From assembly GCA_038062455.1 (NCBI GenBank), contig JBBTXE010000001.1, positions 186,371 to 250,370 of the forward strand: DNA of 64,000 nt. Direction: 5' to 3'. Of the stretch, positions 24,002 through 33,952 are shown one piece after another. The stretch comes from Patescibacteria group bacterium. GTDB lineage: Bacteria; Patescibacteriota; Microgenomatia; UBA12405. A model generated the notes under the pieces. That model saw only the letters and a program-made list of their open reading frames with translations. It searched no databases and had not been told where the DNA came from. The position numbers were made by a program, and so were the translations under genes. Numbering within the stretch: the first letter of the stretch is position 1; every line of letters starts with the position of its first letter.

Positions 24002-25267
24002 ATGATTGATTTAAATCTTCTCCGTTTTGGCCCTGACATCATCCGTCTCTCTCTAATTAACCGCAACAAGCCGGAAAAACTTCTCGACGATGCCATTAAA
24101 TTTGACACCGACTATCGCACTCTTTTAAAGTCAGTTGAAGAGCTCCGGGCCAAACAAAATACCATTTCCAAATCAGTTAAAGGCATTCCAACTCCCGAGC
24201 AGCTTACTCAAGGAAAAGAAATTAAAGGAGAGTTAAAAACCCTCGAAGAAAAGTTAAAAACAAAGGAGACTAAACTTAACCTGGTTCTGGAAGAAATTCC
24301 CAACACTCCCGCCGATGACGTTCCGATTGGTAAAGATGACTCTGGCAACATCGTTATCAAAACTGTCGGCCAAAAACCTGTTTTTGATTTTACCCCTCTC
24401 GATCATCAGGATCTGGGCCAAAAACTCAACATTATCGACAAAGCCAAAGCCGGCCAACTTTCCGGCGCCCGCTTTGGCTACTATAAAAATGAAGGTGTCA
24501 TTCTGGAAATGGCCGTTATGTTTTATGCCATGAAGAAATTAGCAGCCCTTGGCTTTATGGCCATGCTTCCGCCTCTGATGGTCAAATCCCAAACCGAATG
24601 GGGTTGCGGCTATACCAGCAATAAAAATTTAATGGGTGCTTATTATTCCCTGCCCGAAGACGATTTGGTTTTTATCAGTTCTTCCGAACATTCCGTCGTC
24701 CCCTATCATCAAAATGAAATTTTGCCCGAATCTGTATTTCCCTTAAAATACGTCAATTTTTCCCCCTGTTTCCGCCGCGAATCCGGCACCTACGGCAAAG
24801 ACATGAAGGGTATGCTTCGGCTCCATCACTTCAACAAGGTGGAAATGAATGTCTTTACTCTGCCTGATCTAAAAATTTCCGATGCCATGCAGTTGGAAAT
24901 GTTATCAGTTGAAGAAGAAATCCTGGCCGATTTCGGTCTCCATTATCAGGTTCTCAATTGCTGCACCGGTGATTTACCCCAACCCAACCGTCGGATGTAC
25001 GATATCAATGTCTGGTTTCCGGGTTTAAACGCTTATAAAGAAACCGGTTCCTGCAGTAATTGTGCCGATTATCAGGCCCGACGTCTCAATACCAAGGTAA
25101 AAATTAACGGCAAAAATGAATTTGTTCATATTTTAAATTCCACTGCTGTTTCCGACCGGGCCATGCTGGCCATTATTGAAAACTTCCAAACTAAAGACGG
25201 TTCTATTAATATTCCCGATTGCCTCCAGGCCCTTACCGGCTTTTCGGAAATCAAATCACCTAGCTAG
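24002..25267 (+). CDS. serS: Seryl-tRNA synthetase
   Basis: N-terminal coiled-coil arm; class II motifs (FRRESGTYGKD, RLHHFNKVE, NSTAVSDRAMLAIIEN). Confidence 0.9.
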   Translation: MIDLNLLRFGPDIIRLSLINRNKPEKLLDDAIKFDTDYRTLLKSVEELRAKQNTISKSVKGIPTPEQLTQGKEIKGELKTLEEKLKTKETKLNLVLEEIPNTPADDVPIGKDDSGNIVIKTVGQKPVFDFTPLDHQDLGQKLNIIDKAKAGQLSGARFGYYKNEGVILEMAVMFYAMKKLAALGFMAMLPPLMVKSQTEWGCGYTSNKNLMGAYYSLPEDDLVFISSSEHSVVPYHQNEILPESVFPLKYVNFSPCFRRESGTYGKDMKGMLRLHHFNKVEMNVFTLPDLKISDAMQLEMLSVEEEILADFGLHYQVLNCCTGDLPQPNRRMYDINVWFPGLNAYKETGSCSNCADYQARRLNTKVKINGKNEFVHILNSTAVSDRAMLAIIENFQTKDGSINIPDCLQALTGFSEIKSPS

Positions 25268-25280
25268 AGGAGCCATCTAT

Positions 25281-25321
25281 CCCGGTAACAGGCTTCGCCC
25301 GTTACCGGGACGGTCTTTTTA
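25281..25321 (+). terminator. Rho-independent terminator after serS
   Basis: 9-bp stem cccggtaac/gttaccggg (25281..25289 / 25301..25309) followed by ...tcttttt. Confidence 0.7.
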
Positions 25322-25349
25322 AATTGTTTTGTGATAAAATACTCTCAAT

Positions 25350-25718
25350 ATGAAACTTTTTGATGCAGTCATAATGGGCGGCGTGCTAGTTGAAGTAAAA
25401 CAAACCGAAGACATGTATGAAAGAGCCAGTGAACATGAATATCGTCCACCGTATAGAGGCGAACTTGAAATGTTAGGTGTTGAACTACGTCAAGATGGAG
25501 GAACAGTGAATGTCCTAGCATTCCCAGGGGAATTTGTACCCAGAGTACTGGTTTGTCAAAATGATGAAGTTGGCTCACGAGTCACCGGGGGCAACTTACA
25601 CGAGGGTCATCTTGGACAATTTACTCTTGAACCAGGCCAGCATTTGTTAATTGAACCAAGTGCATTTAAACAGCGCAAGGGAGATCGTCGGGTTGTAGTT
25701 TTTCCACGACAACCATAA
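25350..25718 (+). CDS. Hypothetical protein (122 aa), compositionally atypical
   Basis: ORF only, with no motif recognised. Third positions are purine/A-rich, unlike neighbouring plus-strand genes. Confidence 0.4.
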   Translation: MKLFDAVIMGGVLVEVKQTEDMYERASEHEYRPPYRGELEMLGVELRQDGGTVNVLAFPGEFVPRVLVCQNDEVGSRVTGGNLHEGHLGQFTLEPGQHLLIEPSAFKQRKGDRRVVVFPRQP

Positions 25719-25756
25719 ACTAGTTTCTTTACTTGGGGCTAGGATATAATTTCCCT

Positions 25757-28432
25757 ATGCTCGGATTCATAACCAATCTCTTTGATGAAAATGCGAAGCG
25801 GTTAAAAACTTACCAACCTTTGGTTGACAAAATCAACTCCCTTGAACCAAAAACTAAAAAACTTACCGATAAACAACTATTAGTCAAAACCGATGAGTTT
25901 AAAAAACGATTAGCCAAAGATGAAACTCTTGACGATCTTTTACCCGAAGCCTACGCTGTCGTTCGCGAAGCCATCGGCCGGACTATTAATCAACGCGCCT
26001 TTGATGTTCAACTCATGGCCGCCATCGCTCTTCATCAGGGCTCCATCGCCGAACAACGCACCGGAGAGGGTAAAACCCATTCAGTTATCTTTCCCGCTTA
26101 CCTCAATGCCCTAACCGGCCTTGGAGTTCACATTATCACCCCCAACGACTATCTCACCCGCGTCGGCACCGGCTGGTACCCCCAAGCCCTCAATCTTCTG
26201 GGCGTTTCCACTTCGGCCATTGTCCACGAGGAATCCTTTATTCTTGATCCGAAATTTACCGACCCCAGTGAAACTGTTGATGATCGTCTGGCCCATCTTC
26301 GCCCTATTTCCCGTCAGGAAGCTTACCGCGCCGATGTTACCTATGGCACCAATAATGAATTTGGCTTTGACTATCTCCGCGACCACATGGTCAAAAACTT
26401 TAACCAAAAAGTTCAGCGCCCCGAATTCAATTTTGCCATTGTCGATGAAGTTGACTTTGTCCTAATTGACGAAGCCCGTACCCCGCTGATTATTTCTTCA
26501 CCCAATTCGGAGCCGGTCGATAAATACTATCAATTTGCCAAAATCGCCGCCCAGCTTCAACCGAACGATTACGTCGTTGACGAAAAATCCAAAAGCGCCA
26601 CCCTCTCTGAATTCGGCATCCGTCGCGTCGAAAAGATCCTTAATATCGGCAATCTTTACGAAGAATCTTTTGCCACCATCCATTATATTGAAAACGCCAT
26701 TAAGTCCCAAACTCTTTTTCACAAAGACAAAGACTATGTCATCAAAGACGGCGAAATTATTATTGTTGACGAATTCACCGGACGGCTGATGCACGGCCGC
26801 CGTTGGTCCGATGGACTTCATCAGGCCGTCGAGGCCAAAGAAAACGTCAAAGTTCAGCAGGAATCCCAAACTTGGGCCACCATTACTTTTCAAAATTATT
26901 TCCGGCTTTATAAAAAATTATCCGGCATGACCGGCACCGCCGCCACCGAAGCCGAAGAGTTTCGCAAAATTTACCATCTCGAAGTCGTTACCATTCCCAC
27001 TAATCAAAATCTGGTCAGAATTGACTCCGAAGATTTAATTTTCAAAAATCAGCGGGCCAAATATGCCGCTATCGCCGCCGAAGTCGCCAAACTTTACGCC
27101 AAAGGCCAGCCGGTCCTCATCGGCACCACCAGCATTGCTAAAAACGAAATTATTGCCTCCATGCTTAAAAACAAAGGCATACCTTTTCAACTATTAAATG
27201 CCAAAAACCATCGCTCCGAAGCTGAAATTATTGCCAAAGCCGGCAAATTAAAAGCCGTTACTGTGGCCACCAACATGGCCGGTCGGGGAGTTGACATTAT
27301 TTTGGGTGGCCCCAGTGACAAACAAAGCCCCAAAGATTGGCAAAAAGAACATAACGAAGTTGTTCGCCTCGGCGGCCTTTTCGTCATCGGTACCGAACGC
27401 CACGAATCCCGCCGTATCGACAACCAGCTCCGCGGCCGCTCCGGCCGTCAGGGAGACCCCGGTTTTTCTCAATTTCATGTGGCTCTGGACGATGATTTAA
27501 TGCGCATCTTTGGCGGCGACAAAATTTCCGGTCTGATGACCCGCTTTAATATGCCCGAAAACGAGGCCTTAACTCATCCTCTGGTTTCCCGGGTGTTGGA
27601 ACAAATTCAGGTCAAGGTCGAAGGTTACAATTTTGACATCCGCAAAAACCTGGTCGAATACGACGATGTTATCAACAAACAACGCCAAATTATTTACTCT
27701 CTTCGTGATAATACTCTCCAGCAGGCCAAACTAGATCCGGCCAAAAATAATCTAAAAATTGAAGAGGTTTTAGGCTCCGAAATCAGCCGTTTAGTCCTTA
27801 GTCTCCCTGATTCCGAAGCTCTGACTTTGGAATTTTCTGAAATTCTCCCGTTAAACCCCCTCGACCGCCGCCGTCTGGAAAAGGATTTGGCTACAGTTCC
27901 CGACAAATCCATTCATTTAACCAATATTCTTTTAGATCAATGGCAGGAGCGCCAGAAATATTTTGGCGAGACTATCGGTCACGATATTGTTACCTATGCC
28001 ATTATTGAAGCTCTCGATCCTCTCTGGGTCGGTCACCTCACCGCCCTTGATGATCTCCGCGACGGTGTCCGTCTCCGCGGTTACGCTCAAAAAGATCCTT
28101 TAATTGAGTATCGCAAGGAAGGTTATGAAATGTTTCAGGCTCTGATGCGCCGTTTTGAGGCCAATCTTTGCCGGATGCTCTTTCGCCTCGAACCTATCGA
28201 CCAACCGGCTTTTACCCCGCAACAAGCCACCGAAGCCCGCGGCGACATTCTCGACCCCAACGCTCCCGTTGAAGACGTAGCCACCGACATTGCCGACATA
28301 TCCGCCAAACAATCTTTATCCCGCGGTGCCTATGTGGAGCCTTCTTCTGCCCCCACCATTGGTCGTAATGATCCATGCCCCTGCGGTTCGGGGAAGAAGT
28401 GGAAAAAATGTCACTACCCACAACTTAGTTAA
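25757..28432 (+). CDS. secA: Preprotein translocase ATPase SecA
   Basis: ORF-track start 25733 is TTG; the conserved N-terminus is MLGFITNLF at 25757. DEVDFVLIDEARTPLIIS, MTGTA, TNMAGRGVDI; C-terminal Zn finger CPCGSGKKWKKCH. Confidence 0.9.
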   Translation: MLGFITNLFDENAKRLKTYQPLVDKINSLEPKTKKLTDKQLLVKTDEFKKRLAKDETLDDLLPEAYAVVREAIGRTINQRAFDVQLMAAIALHQGSIAEQRTGEGKTHSVIFPAYLNALTGLGVHIITPNDYLTRVGTGWYPQALNLLGVSTSAIVHEESFILDPKFTDPSETVDDRLAHLRPISRQEAYRADVTYGTNNEFGFDYLRDHMVKNFNQKVQRPEFNFAIVDEVDFVLIDEARTPLIISSPNSEPVDKYYQFAKIAAQLQPNDYVVDEKSKSATLSEFGIRRVEKILNIGNLYEESFATIHYIENAIKSQTLFHKDKDYVIKDGEIIIVDEFTGRLMHGRRWSDGLHQAVEAKENVKVQQESQTWATITFQNYFRLYKKLSGMTGTAATEAEEFRKIYHLEVVTIPTNQNLVRIDSEDLIFKNQRAKYAAIAAEVAKLYAKGQPVLIGTTSIAKNEIIASMLKNKGIPFQLLNAKNHRSEAEIIAKAGKLKAVTVATNMAGRGVDIILGGPSDKQSPKDWQKEHNEVVRLGGLFVIGTERHESRRIDNQLRGRSGRQGDPGFSQFHVALDDDLMRIFGGDKISGLMTRFNMPENEALTHPLVSRVLEQIQVKVEGYNFDIRKNLVEYDDVINKQRQIIYSLRDNTLQQAKLDPAKNNLKIEEVLGSEISRLVLSLPDSEALTLEFSEILPLNPLDRRRLEKDLATVPDKSIHLTNILLDQWQERQKYFGETIGHDIVTYAIIEALDPLWVGHLTALDDLRDGVRLRGYAQKDPLIEYRKEGYEMFQALMRRFEANLCRMLFRLEPIDQPAFTPQQATEARGDILDPNAPVEDVATDIADISAKQSLSRGAYVEPSSAPTIGRNDPCPCGSGKKWKKCHYPQLS

Positions 28433-28438
28433 ACAAAA

Positions 28439-29314
28439 ATGAATAAAAGATTTATTGGATCCACCCTTCTTCTGACCTCAGCCGTTATCTATGGTTTATA
28501 TGGAATTTTTTCAAGATATGTCAGTGAATTTGGTTCATTTTCTCAAAGCTGGGTAAGATCCTCAATCGTCCTTTTCGTGATTTTACTAATAATGGTTTTT
28601 AAAAAATTTAAATGGCAAAAGATTCAAAAATATGACATCAAGTGGTTTTTAATTTGGATTCTTCCGGCTTCTTTCCAGCCGGTGATTACCTTCATGGCAT
28701 TTAATCATCTACCCCTGGGAACGGCTTATTTTTTAATTTATTCGACCATGATTTTAGGAGGAATGGTTTCAGGTAAAATATTTTTTTCGGAGAAATTAAG
28801 TTCGAGCAAAATTTTATCTCTAATCTTGGTTTTCATTGGCCTTTTTTTGATTTATAAATCGGATATTACTCTCGTTAAAAGTATTTATGTTTTATTTGCC
28901 CTTTTTTCAGGTCTATTAGTTGGGTTTTGGAACACTCTTACTAAAAAAGTTTCCGGAAAATATTCAGAATTTCAGATGATGTCACTTGATCAGTCCGCCA
29001 CCCTAATGGTTTGTTTAATTGGATCTGTTGTAGCCGGAGAAAAATTACCCCCGCTCTCTCAATACCATATTTGGATTTGGCTATTAATTTTCGCTCTTTC
29101 AACTGTCGTGACCATATTTCTACTAATTCGTGGTTTTAAGTATGTCGAGGCCCAGGTCGGAAGCTTAATTCTTCCTATGGAAATTGTCTTTGCGTCAATC
29201 TTTGGGTATCTAATTTTCAAGGAGATACTAAAAACAAATATCTACCTTGGTGGATTATTTATATTGGTGGCAGCTCTTCTTCCGGCACTTAAATTTCCCA
29301 AAAAGAATGATTAA
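28439..29314 (+). CDS. EamA/DMT-family transporter
   Basis: 291 aa, ~10 TM, two-fold internal repeat typical of EamA. Confidence 0.7.
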   Translation: MNKRFIGSTLLLTSAVIYGLYGIFSRYVSEFGSFSQSWVRSSIVLFVILLIMVFKKFKWQKIQKYDIKWFLIWILPASFQPVITFMAFNHLPLGTAYFLIYSTMILGGMVSGKIFFSEKLSSSKILSLILVFIGLFLIYKSDITLVKSIYVLFALFSGLLVGFWNTLTKKVSGKYSEFQMMSLDQSATLMVCLIGSVVAGEKLPPLSQYHIWIWLLIFALSTVVTIFLLIRGFKYVEAQVGSLILPMEIVFASIFGYLIFKEILKTNIYLGGLFILVAALLPALKFPKKND

Positions 29315-29927
29315 ATTCGTTTATTTTGATGTCGGTGGAGTGGTTATACTCGATTTTTCCAAAACCGACAAATTTTCCAAAGTCAAAAAACTCTGGGGAA
29401 TAAACGATTCTCAAGACTCGGAATTTAACCAGTTTTTTTCATCCCACGAAATTGAAATTTGTACGGTTTTAGATATAGACGCCCTTGTTCCCTTAATTAA
29501 TAAACAATTTGGCACCAAACTTCCGCCCGATTATTCACTTCTTTCCGATTTTGTGAATAATTTTGATATCAATCCGTCAATCTGGCCCGTAATTCAGGAA
29601 ATTAATCTTCACTGTCCCGTTGGTCTGTTGACTGATATGTATCCTCGGATGTTTTCGGCTATTAAAAAGAGGGGACTTATTCCTGATATAAATTGGCAGG
29701 TGGTTGTCGATTCCAGCCTTGTCAAACTCAAAAAACCTAACCCCAAAATCTATAAATTAGCCGAAGAAAAATGCGGCTTTAAGGGAAATGAGATTTTTTT
29801 TATTGAAAACTCTCAAAATAATATTGATGACGCTAAATTTTTTGGTTGGCAAACTTTCTTATATGACCCGGCCAATCCAAAAGAGTCGAGTCAAAACATA
29901 ATGAAGCTGTGGAATAACCGTTCTTGA
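29307..29927 (+). CDS. HAD-superfamily hydrolase (IA-like)
   Basis: Prefer M21 of the ORF (MIKFVYFDVGGVVILDF), with an ATGATTAA overlap onto the upstream stop; KKPNPKIY; FIENSQNNID. Confidence 0.7.
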   Translation: MIKFVYFDVGGVVILDFSKTDKFSKVKKLWGINDSQDSEFNQFFSSHEIEICTVLDIDALVPLINKQFGTKLPPDYSLLSDFVNNFDINPSIWPVIQEINLHCPVGLLTDMYPRMFSAIKKRGLIPDINWQVVVDSSLVKLKKPNPKIYKLAEEKCGFKGNEIFFIENSQNNIDDAKFFGWQTFLYDPANPKESSQNIMKLWNNRS

Positions 29928-29996
29928 TATCCTTTAATTGGTTTGCTTTTTACTGTTAGTTTTAGTTTACAATTATTATAGAGGTAATTTGTAAAG

Positions 29997-32156
29997 ATGA
30001 AAAAGATTTTGACTCTATTTTTAATAACCATAATTAGCCTATTAGTAGTTTTCCCTGTTTTAGCTGAAGACAAAAATTTTCAAAATTCCGGTTTCGCCGG
30101 TATAATTCCCAAGCTTCCTCAAACCCCCAACGATCCTGAACTTGTTAACGACTTCGTTTATCCCCCTTGGGGTCCGGTTTGCCAAAGATATACATATACG
30201 GTTACATACAAAGACAAAGAAGGTAGAAAGCCCGAGTATATGAGAATTATTTTCAACGGCAAACCGATTGAAATGGAAAAACAAAAACCAAATAATAATG
30301 ACTATAAAAATGGTGTTACTTATATCTATAAATTTGTCCCCAACAAATTGGGCTCGAATTTTTATTATTTTGAGACCTCCAATGGTTTAGGGAAAGCCCG
30401 GGCTGGGATTATAGATTCACCTGACAACGGTCCCGTTCTTTTCAAAAGCGCTTTTGACAAAAACGAAATTGCCGTTATCGACAGCCAAACCGGGCAAAAA
30501 GTCTTAAGTTATCCTACCAAAGAAGAATGGGTTGGCGGCATTGCCCTTTCTGACGACGGTAAATATTTAGCCGCCAAAACCTCGTTTAAAATCTATCTTT
30601 TTGATCTGGACAATCCCCAAAAACCAAAATGGGTTTACGAGCATATAAAAGGTAGCGGTATGGTTGGCGGAGACGTTAAAGGCGGGATTGATATTTCCGG
30701 AGACGGCTCTAAAATTATTGCTTCAATTGGTCAAAGCGTTTTACTTTTCGACCAATCCGGCCACGAACCGCTTTGGCGAAATGATCAAGTTGGCAATACT
30801 TACAATGTTGCCATCTCTCGCGATGGAAAATATATGGCTGCCGCTACGGCTGGCGAAGAATCAAACCCCAGAACAAATTTATTGATTTTATGGAGTGCCG
30901 ATAGTGAAAAACCTCTCTGGACTTATCATTCCTCCGGCAATTTCCATGATGTTTCCCTGTCGGCTGACGGCCAGTATATTGCCGCTGCCACCGGCTGTCC
31001 CGATAGAAGATTTTATGTATTCTCGCGTGACTCAAATACACCTCTGATTAAATCGGAAATGTTAACCCGTGACTCTCCCGTCCATCGGGCCAAAATTTCT
31101 GCTGATGGAACTTTGGCTGCCGTTGGCAGCGAATCCGATGCCGGGGCCGTTTTTCTTTTCAATACCAATTCCCCCAACCCGGTTTGGAAATTCCCCACGC
31201 CAAATGGCAGTTCAGTCCGGGCCCTAAACTTTACTCCTGACGGCAAATATATTGGCGCGGCCACTTTTGGCGGCCAGGCCTATATTTTTGAAAAGGATAA
31301 AAGTTCTCCGGTTGCCACCTGGGTTGTCAATAATGCTGCCTTAGGCGGAGTCGATATCGCTGATGACGGATCTTTTATAGCCGCCGGTGGGACGGATAAT
31401 AAACTTCATATTTTTGAAAGAGGAAAAACCACCGGAATAGAAATCCCTTTTGATGAGTATGTTGAGGAAATTGATATTTCCGGAAACGGCCAATATGTTG
31501 CCGCCGGCACCGGCGGATCAGTTTACTTTTTTGAGAGTATAAATAATGATAATAAGATTTTTCCCTGCACCACCATTATTGAACCAAAACCCCAAGGAGC
31601 TATGGGTGAAAACAGCACCGGTGGGCAACCTACTAACAGTCTATGCGGCGATGGAAAATGCGAAGGACCGGAGACAATTGATAATTGTCAACAGGACTGT
31701 GACCCGAATTCTAAAACAACAACCGGAAAACCTCCTATTAAAAACACTCAACCAAAACTCCCCGGCATGTTGTTTGGCTTTGGCTTTATTGGATCTGTCC
31801 TACTTCTTGGAGTGTCTAAAGTATTTAAAAAATATTTAATACAATTTTGCGTTTCCAAGTTTTCTTCTTCGAAGTTAACCGACAGAAAAATAACTATTTT
31901 TCTATTAATTATGTCCATATTATTTTTATTTCTCACCCTAACTGCGGTTTTAGTTAATAAAAATCCCGATGCTATCTTGTTAAAGACAGGCGAACAAACA
32001 AAGCCGGAACCCGGCCGAGTCATCTTGAATCAGGAAAATAAACCGATTCTAAATGAAGGTAAACAAAAAAGCGGCGTATGCGGTAACAATATCTGTGAAC
32101 CCGGTTTGGGAGAAACAAGAGAAAATTGCCCTAAGGACTGTTCGGCCGGAGATTAA
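29997..32156 (+). CDS. Secreted/membrane-anchored 8-blade beta-propeller protein with two CGxxxCE...NCxxDC motifs
   Basis: Signal peptide. Eight repeats of the (I/L)SxDGxY(I/L/M)AA type. CGDGKCEGPETIDNCQQDC, then two TM helices, then CGNNICEPGLGETRENCPKDC at the C-terminus. Confidence 0.65.
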   Translation: MKKILTLFLITIISLLVVFPVLAEDKNFQNSGFAGIIPKLPQTPNDPELVNDFVYPPWGPVCQRYTYTVTYKDKEGRKPEYMRIIFNGKPIEMEKQKPNNNDYKNGVTYIYKFVPNKLGSNFYYFETSNGLGKARAGIIDSPDNGPVLFKSAFDKNEIAVIDSQTGQKVLSYPTKEEWVGGIALSDDGKYLAAKTSFKIYLFDLDNPQKPKWVYEHIKGSGMVGGDVKGGIDISGDGSKIIASIGQSVLLFDQSGHEPLWRNDQVGNTYNVAISRDGKYMAAATAGEESNPRTNLLILWSADSEKPLWTYHSSGNFHDVSLSADGQYIAAATGCPDRRFYVFSRDSNTPLIKSEMLTRDSPVHRAKISADGTLAAVGSESDAGAVFLFNTNSPNPVWKFPTPNGSSVRALNFTPDGKYIGAATFGGQAYIFEKDKSSPVATWVVNNAALGGVDIADDGSFIAAGGTDNKLHIFERGKTTGIEIPFDEYVEEIDISGNGQYVAAGTGGSVYFFESINNDNKIFPCTTIIEPKPQGAMGENSTGGQPTNSLCGDGKCEGPETIDNCQQDCDPNSKTTTGKPPIKNTQPKLPGMLFGFGFIGSVLLLGVSKVFKKYLIQFCVSKFSSSKLTDRKITIFLLIMSILFLFLTLTAVLVNKNPDAILLKTGEQTKPEPGRVILNQENKPILNEGKQKSGVCGNNICEPGLGETRENCPKDCSAGD

Positions 32157-32789
32157 TTATTTAAAAATCTTTTTTTGTCTAAAGAAAAGAAACATCGATC
32201 CGCCGATAAAGGCGATCACCATAACCAGCAAACTTCCGTACAGGAATCTGTCAGCCAAATAAAGAAATGTCTTTTCGTAAAACAGGTATCTGATGCTTAT
32301 CTTCAATCCGTGAATAATAAGACTGTATAAAATTCCCAGGAAAAATAAATTGCCATAACCAAAATTCGATTTTTTAATTAGTATGTATCCGGAAACAGCA
32401 ATACATATTTCCCAAATCCACTGACTTATTCTTATTGACATAAAGTTATCGTCAATCTTCAGCCCAAACAAATACTGCCAAGCTACCATTGCTATGGAAA
32501 TAAGAATCAGAAACCAAATTGGCTCAATGTACTCTTTTAAAGTTTTGCCAAAAATTTTAATTTTAAATATAGCCAAGATGAAGAAAAGACCAATTATTGA
32601 CAGGAGAATGGTAAAAAAAATTGGATCACTTCGTTTTTCTAAAAATGGAATTGGTGGTAACAGGTTCAGTTTGTCGCCCACGGTGGTAAATGCCTTGCCG
32701 CTTTGTGGACAATCGACTTTTTGATTCCCAACAAAACACTCTCGGTTTTTTGTTTCGATTTTTCCGGAGTAAAAGGCAATTGGTCTCAT
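32157..32789 (-). CDS. Hypothetical polytopic membrane protein
   Basis: 210 aa, 5-6 TM; abuts the stop of the convergent gene with zero gap. Confidence 0.5.
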   Translation of the reverse strand: MRPIAFYSGKIETKNRECFVGNQKVDCPQSGKAFTTVGDKLNLLPPIPFLEKRSDPIFFTILLSIIGLFFILAIFKIKIFGKTLKEYIEPIWFLILISIAMVAWQYLFGLKIDDNFMSIRISQWIWEICIAVSGYILIKKSNFGYGNLFFLGILYSLIIHGLKISIRYLFYEKTFLYLADRFLYGSLLVMVIAFIGGSMFLFFRQKKIFK

Positions 32790-32899
32790 CGGTAAAACCC
32801 GCCCAATCTGGGTAGAATTTGAGTTTTTATCAAAATAATTCCCAAAACGGTTAAAATGACTATGGCGATGACATCGAGAAAGATTTTATTATTTTTCAT
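32786..32899 (-). CDS. Possible 37-aa single-TM peptide (below ORF-track cut-off)
   Basis: Hand translation: MKNNKIFLDVIAIVILTVLGIILIKTQILPRLGGFYR-stop. Its TGA overlaps the ATG of the 210-aa membrane protein (ATGA). Confidence 0.3.
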   Translation of the reverse strand: MKNNKIFLDVIAIVILTVLGIILIKTQILPRLGGFYR

Positions 32900-32989
32900 A
32901 TTTTTCCTTAAAAAATATTACCACAAAACCTAAATAATACATGCTATACCAAAACTCCATCTAACCCTCTCTTAAGGTAAAATAGGGGA

Positions 32990-33529
32990 ATGGACAAAAA
33001 CACCAATCTCGTTTGGATCGACATTGAAGGCACCGGTCTTGATTTAAATATCGCCTTGCCTCTGGAAATTGCCGTGGTAATTACTGATCGGAAACTCGAG
33101 GTTTTAGACAGTGTCTCCTTTGTTATCCACCAATCCCAAAAATCCCTGTCGGTTCTCGAAAATTGGCCTAAAAAACATTTAACCAAAAATAAACTTCTCA
33201 CCGAAGTGGATAAATCCAAAACTACCGTCAAATCCACCCAAACTTCAATTCTAAAGTTATTAGAAAAATACTGTCTCCCCCAAAATTCGCCCCTCTGCGG
33301 CAACTCTCTTTTCTACGACAAATATCTGTTGATGAAATATCTACCCAAGGTGTTTGATTTTCTTCACTACCGGATTATCGATATTTCCTCTCTCAAAGAG
33401 CTTTATTTCCGCCTAAACAAAAATCCTGTCAAATTTGCCAAATCCGAAAATCATCGGGCCCTTGACGACATCCATGAATCAATCACCGAGCTAAAATTCT
33501 ACCAATCAAACTTTCTCAAAACTTTATAG
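32990..33529 (+). CDS. orn: Oligoribonuclease (DEDDh exonuclease)
   Basis: LVWIDIEGTGLD (exo I), NSLFYDKYLL (exo II), HRALDDIHESI (exo III, DEDDh). Confidence 0.8.
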   Translation: MDKNTNLVWIDIEGTGLDLNIALPLEIAVVITDRKLEVLDSVSFVIHQSQKSLSVLENWPKKHLTKNKLLTEVDKSKTTVKSTQTSILKLLEKYCLPQNSPLCGNSLFYDKYLLMKYLPKVFDFLHYRIIDISSLKELYFRLNKNPVKFAKSENHRALDDIHESITELKFYQSNFLKTL

Positions 33530-33547
33530 TAAGATTATTTAGTATTT

Positions 33548-33952
33548 ATGAACAATAACTGTATTTTTTGCCAAATAGTCAAGGGTGACGTTCCCTGTTT
33601 CAAGGTCTACGAAGACGATCTATTCTTAGGTTTTTTAGACATCAAACCTCTCAATCCGGGTAATTCCCTGCTTATCCCCAAAATTCATTATCGTTGGGTA
33701 TATAATGTTCCTGAATTTGGTCAATATTGGGAAATTGCCAAAAAGATCGCTCTTATCACTATGCCTATTGTAAAAGCTGATGCAGTATCTTTCCTAACCT
33801 TAGGTTATGAAGTCGCTCACGCCCATATCAGAATAATTCCCCGTTTCGACCACGATTCTCATACCCACGGCATTGATACTCTGGCTATTGTCGAACAAAC
33901 CCCTGAAGAAATATCCCATATCGCTAACAAAATGTTATCCTTAACTAAATGA
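33548..33952 (+). CDS. HIT-family protein with variant triad
   Basis: N-terminal CIFCQIVKG; triad region reads VAHAHIRIIPR (H-x-H-x-R instead of H-x-H-x-H). Confidence 0.75.
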   Translation: MNNNCIFCQIVKGDVPCFKVYEDDLFLGFLDIKPLNPGNSLLIPKIHYRWVYNVPEFGQYWEIAKKIALITMPIVKADAVSFLTLGYEVAHAHIRIIPRFDHDSHTHGIDTLAIVEQTPEEISHIANKMLSLTK

